A stretch of 36,870 bases of DNA from positions 1 through 36,870 of the IMG/VR virus record IMGVR_UViG_3300032277_002974; one strand, written 5' to 3'. Both the position numbers and the translations under genes were made by a program. The notes below the pieces were generated by a model, which was not told the origin of the DNA, did no database searches, and worked only from the letters and a program-made list of their open reading frames with translations. The DNA is from a virus. Lineage: Duplodnaviria > Caudoviricetes. Positions 35,583 to 36,870 of the stretch are shown in pieces. The first letter of the stretch is position 1, and every line of letters starts with the position of its first letter.

Positions 35583-36816
35583 CGTATTTGTAGTCCTTGC
35601 GCTTCGGTAGTTCTGTATCGGCTCGCAGAGCATCTATCAGGTCACTATACCATTGGAGTAGGGCGGTTCTAGCAGGTAAGTGCATTGCTCTGTTATAGAT
35701 GCCGCGAGTACCTGAGATAGCATGAGCAAGTTGTAGCTCTACGGCATCAGAAGGCCATCCTGCTTCGTGCGAGATCGTACTGAAGGTTGTTCTGAATCCA
35801 TGAGGTACAACTATGTCGCTGGAGTAGCCCAGACGAGCAAGACAGGCATTAGCTGTACCGTCCGAAGTAGGGCGTTTCCAAGTGCGAGAGGATGGGAAGC
35901 AATACGTCTGTTCTCCTACTCCGGTAAGTAGTCGAAGCTCCTTGAAATACCCCTCTACCTGTCTCGACATTGGTATGAGCAAATCTTTTCGCATCTTCGT
36001 ATGTTCGGCAGGTACTACGATCATGTGAGCTTTCCAATCGAACCAACTCCATTCCATTATTCGAAGCTCTCCAGGCCGCAGAGCTAGGTGAGGCATGATC
36101 TTCATAAGCTGCTGCACAGGATACGTAGCTGCGAGTGTATCAATCGCCCGTATCAACTGACCGAATTGCGTTGGATTGGTGATAGCTGCGCGGTTCTCTA
36201 CTTTCAGTTGTGTGATAGCTCCTTTCAGAGCGTAGGTGACGTCAGTCTCCGCTCTTTCTGTAGCTACGGCATACCGCGCAATCCGACTGATAATAGACTT
36301 TATACGGTGTGCTGTTTCTATATGGCCTGCGCTCTCTGATACCCTCATTACAGCGAGTACTTCAGATGCTTTTAGATCCGCGAAAGGTATGTGTCCTATG
36401 TGGGGTAGAATTAGCTTATCAAGTTTGCGCTTTGTCTCGTTCAGTGTGCGCTTTGATACCTGCTGCTTGTCGAGCCATTCTGTAGCTACAGCCAGAACAG
36501 TATTACCCGTATCAGTTGCGGCGTTAAGCCTATGGCGTTTTCTTGCTACTGACGGATTTACACCTTGGTCAAGTAGCTCTCTGGCCGCATCGCGTAGCTC
36601 TCTGGCTTCTTTCAGAGTTGTCTTAGGGTAGGTACCGAGTGATAGGGTTTTCTGCTTCGAGTCGAAGGAGTAAGCAAACCGCCATCCCTTACTGATCTTT
36701 CCTGTTCTGGCAGAGCGTTCTACCAGTAGAGATAAACCCAGACTGTCATACAGCTTCTTGCGGTTCTTATCCTTCGATAGGGATGCGTTTTGAGCTTTAA
36801 GGTTTGTTAACGCCAT
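35572..36816 (-). CDS. P4-type tyrosine integrase
   Basis: MALTNLK, KLYDSLGLSL, KQKTLSLGTYP..TLKEAR (arm-binding domain), LRPGEL, K, HGFR, QLAH, YNR. Confidence 0.96.
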   Translation of the reverse strand: MALTNLKAQNASLSKDKNRKKLYDSLGLSLLVERSARTGKISKGWRFAYSFDSKQKTLSLGTYPKTTLKEARELRDAARELLDQGVNPSVARKRHRLNAATDTGNTVLAVATEWLDKQQVSKRTLNETKRKLDKLILPHIGHIPFADLKASEVLAVMRVSESAGHIETAHRIKSIISRIARYAVATERAETDVTYALKGAITQLKVENRAAITNPTQFGQLIRAIDTLAATYPVQQLMKIMPHLALRPGELRIMEWSWFDWKAHMIVVPAEHTKMRKDLLIPMSRQVEGYFKELRLLTGVGEQTYCFPSSRTWKRPTSDGTANACLARLGYSSDIVVPHGFRTTFSTISHEAGWPSDAVELQLAHAISGTRGIYNRAMHLPARTALLQWYSDLIDALRADTELPKRKDYKYDED

Positions 36817-36870
36817 AACCGCATTTAACACCAATAATAAGGCCGTGGGAAGGGGTAGGAATATCAGCAA

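Larger units (their letters stand above)
1128..36870. mobile_element. tRNA-integrated phage-satellite / integrative-plasmid-like element (right end beyond the window)
   Basis: att fragment at left, P4-type integrase plus AlpA at right, two replicons, par genes, phage-like cargo, shared repeat families throughout. Confidence 0.85.

Noticed and set aside
1128-36870. Complete prophage or ICE
   Set aside because: No recognisable capsid, portal, terminase, relaxase, coupling protein or T4SS genes

Overview
Almost the whole window (about 1128 to the right edge) is one ~36 kb integrated mobile element. Its left boundary is a 17-bp copy of a tRNA-Leu-type 3' end followed by a terminator, and its right end carries a P4-type tyrosine integrase and an AlpA-domain gene. 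A Fic gene lies outside it on the left. The element has two iteron replicons (TrfA-like and Rep_3-like), a ParA/RHH partition pair, a serine recombinase, about seven HNH/GIY-YIG homing-endonuclease-like genes, a class I cytochrome c, lipoproteins and many phage-like hypotheticals. It also has a compact myovirus-type inner-tail module (baseplate-hub protein, three tail-tube-fold proteins, tape measure). I recognise no capsid, portal, terminase, sheath, fibre, lysis, relaxase or T4SS genes. My best interpretation (inference) is an undescribed tail-encoding phage satellite or integrative plasmid that parasitises a large myophage. Notable non-coding signals: a three-copy three-way-junction RNA with compensatory stems, a repeated TGGACA-N17-TAGTAT promoter with a TGATATC operator, a 3x ~180-bp array, and an unannotated ArfA-like small ORF followed by a long hairpin. 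All protein calls are by eye from motifs; no searches were run.
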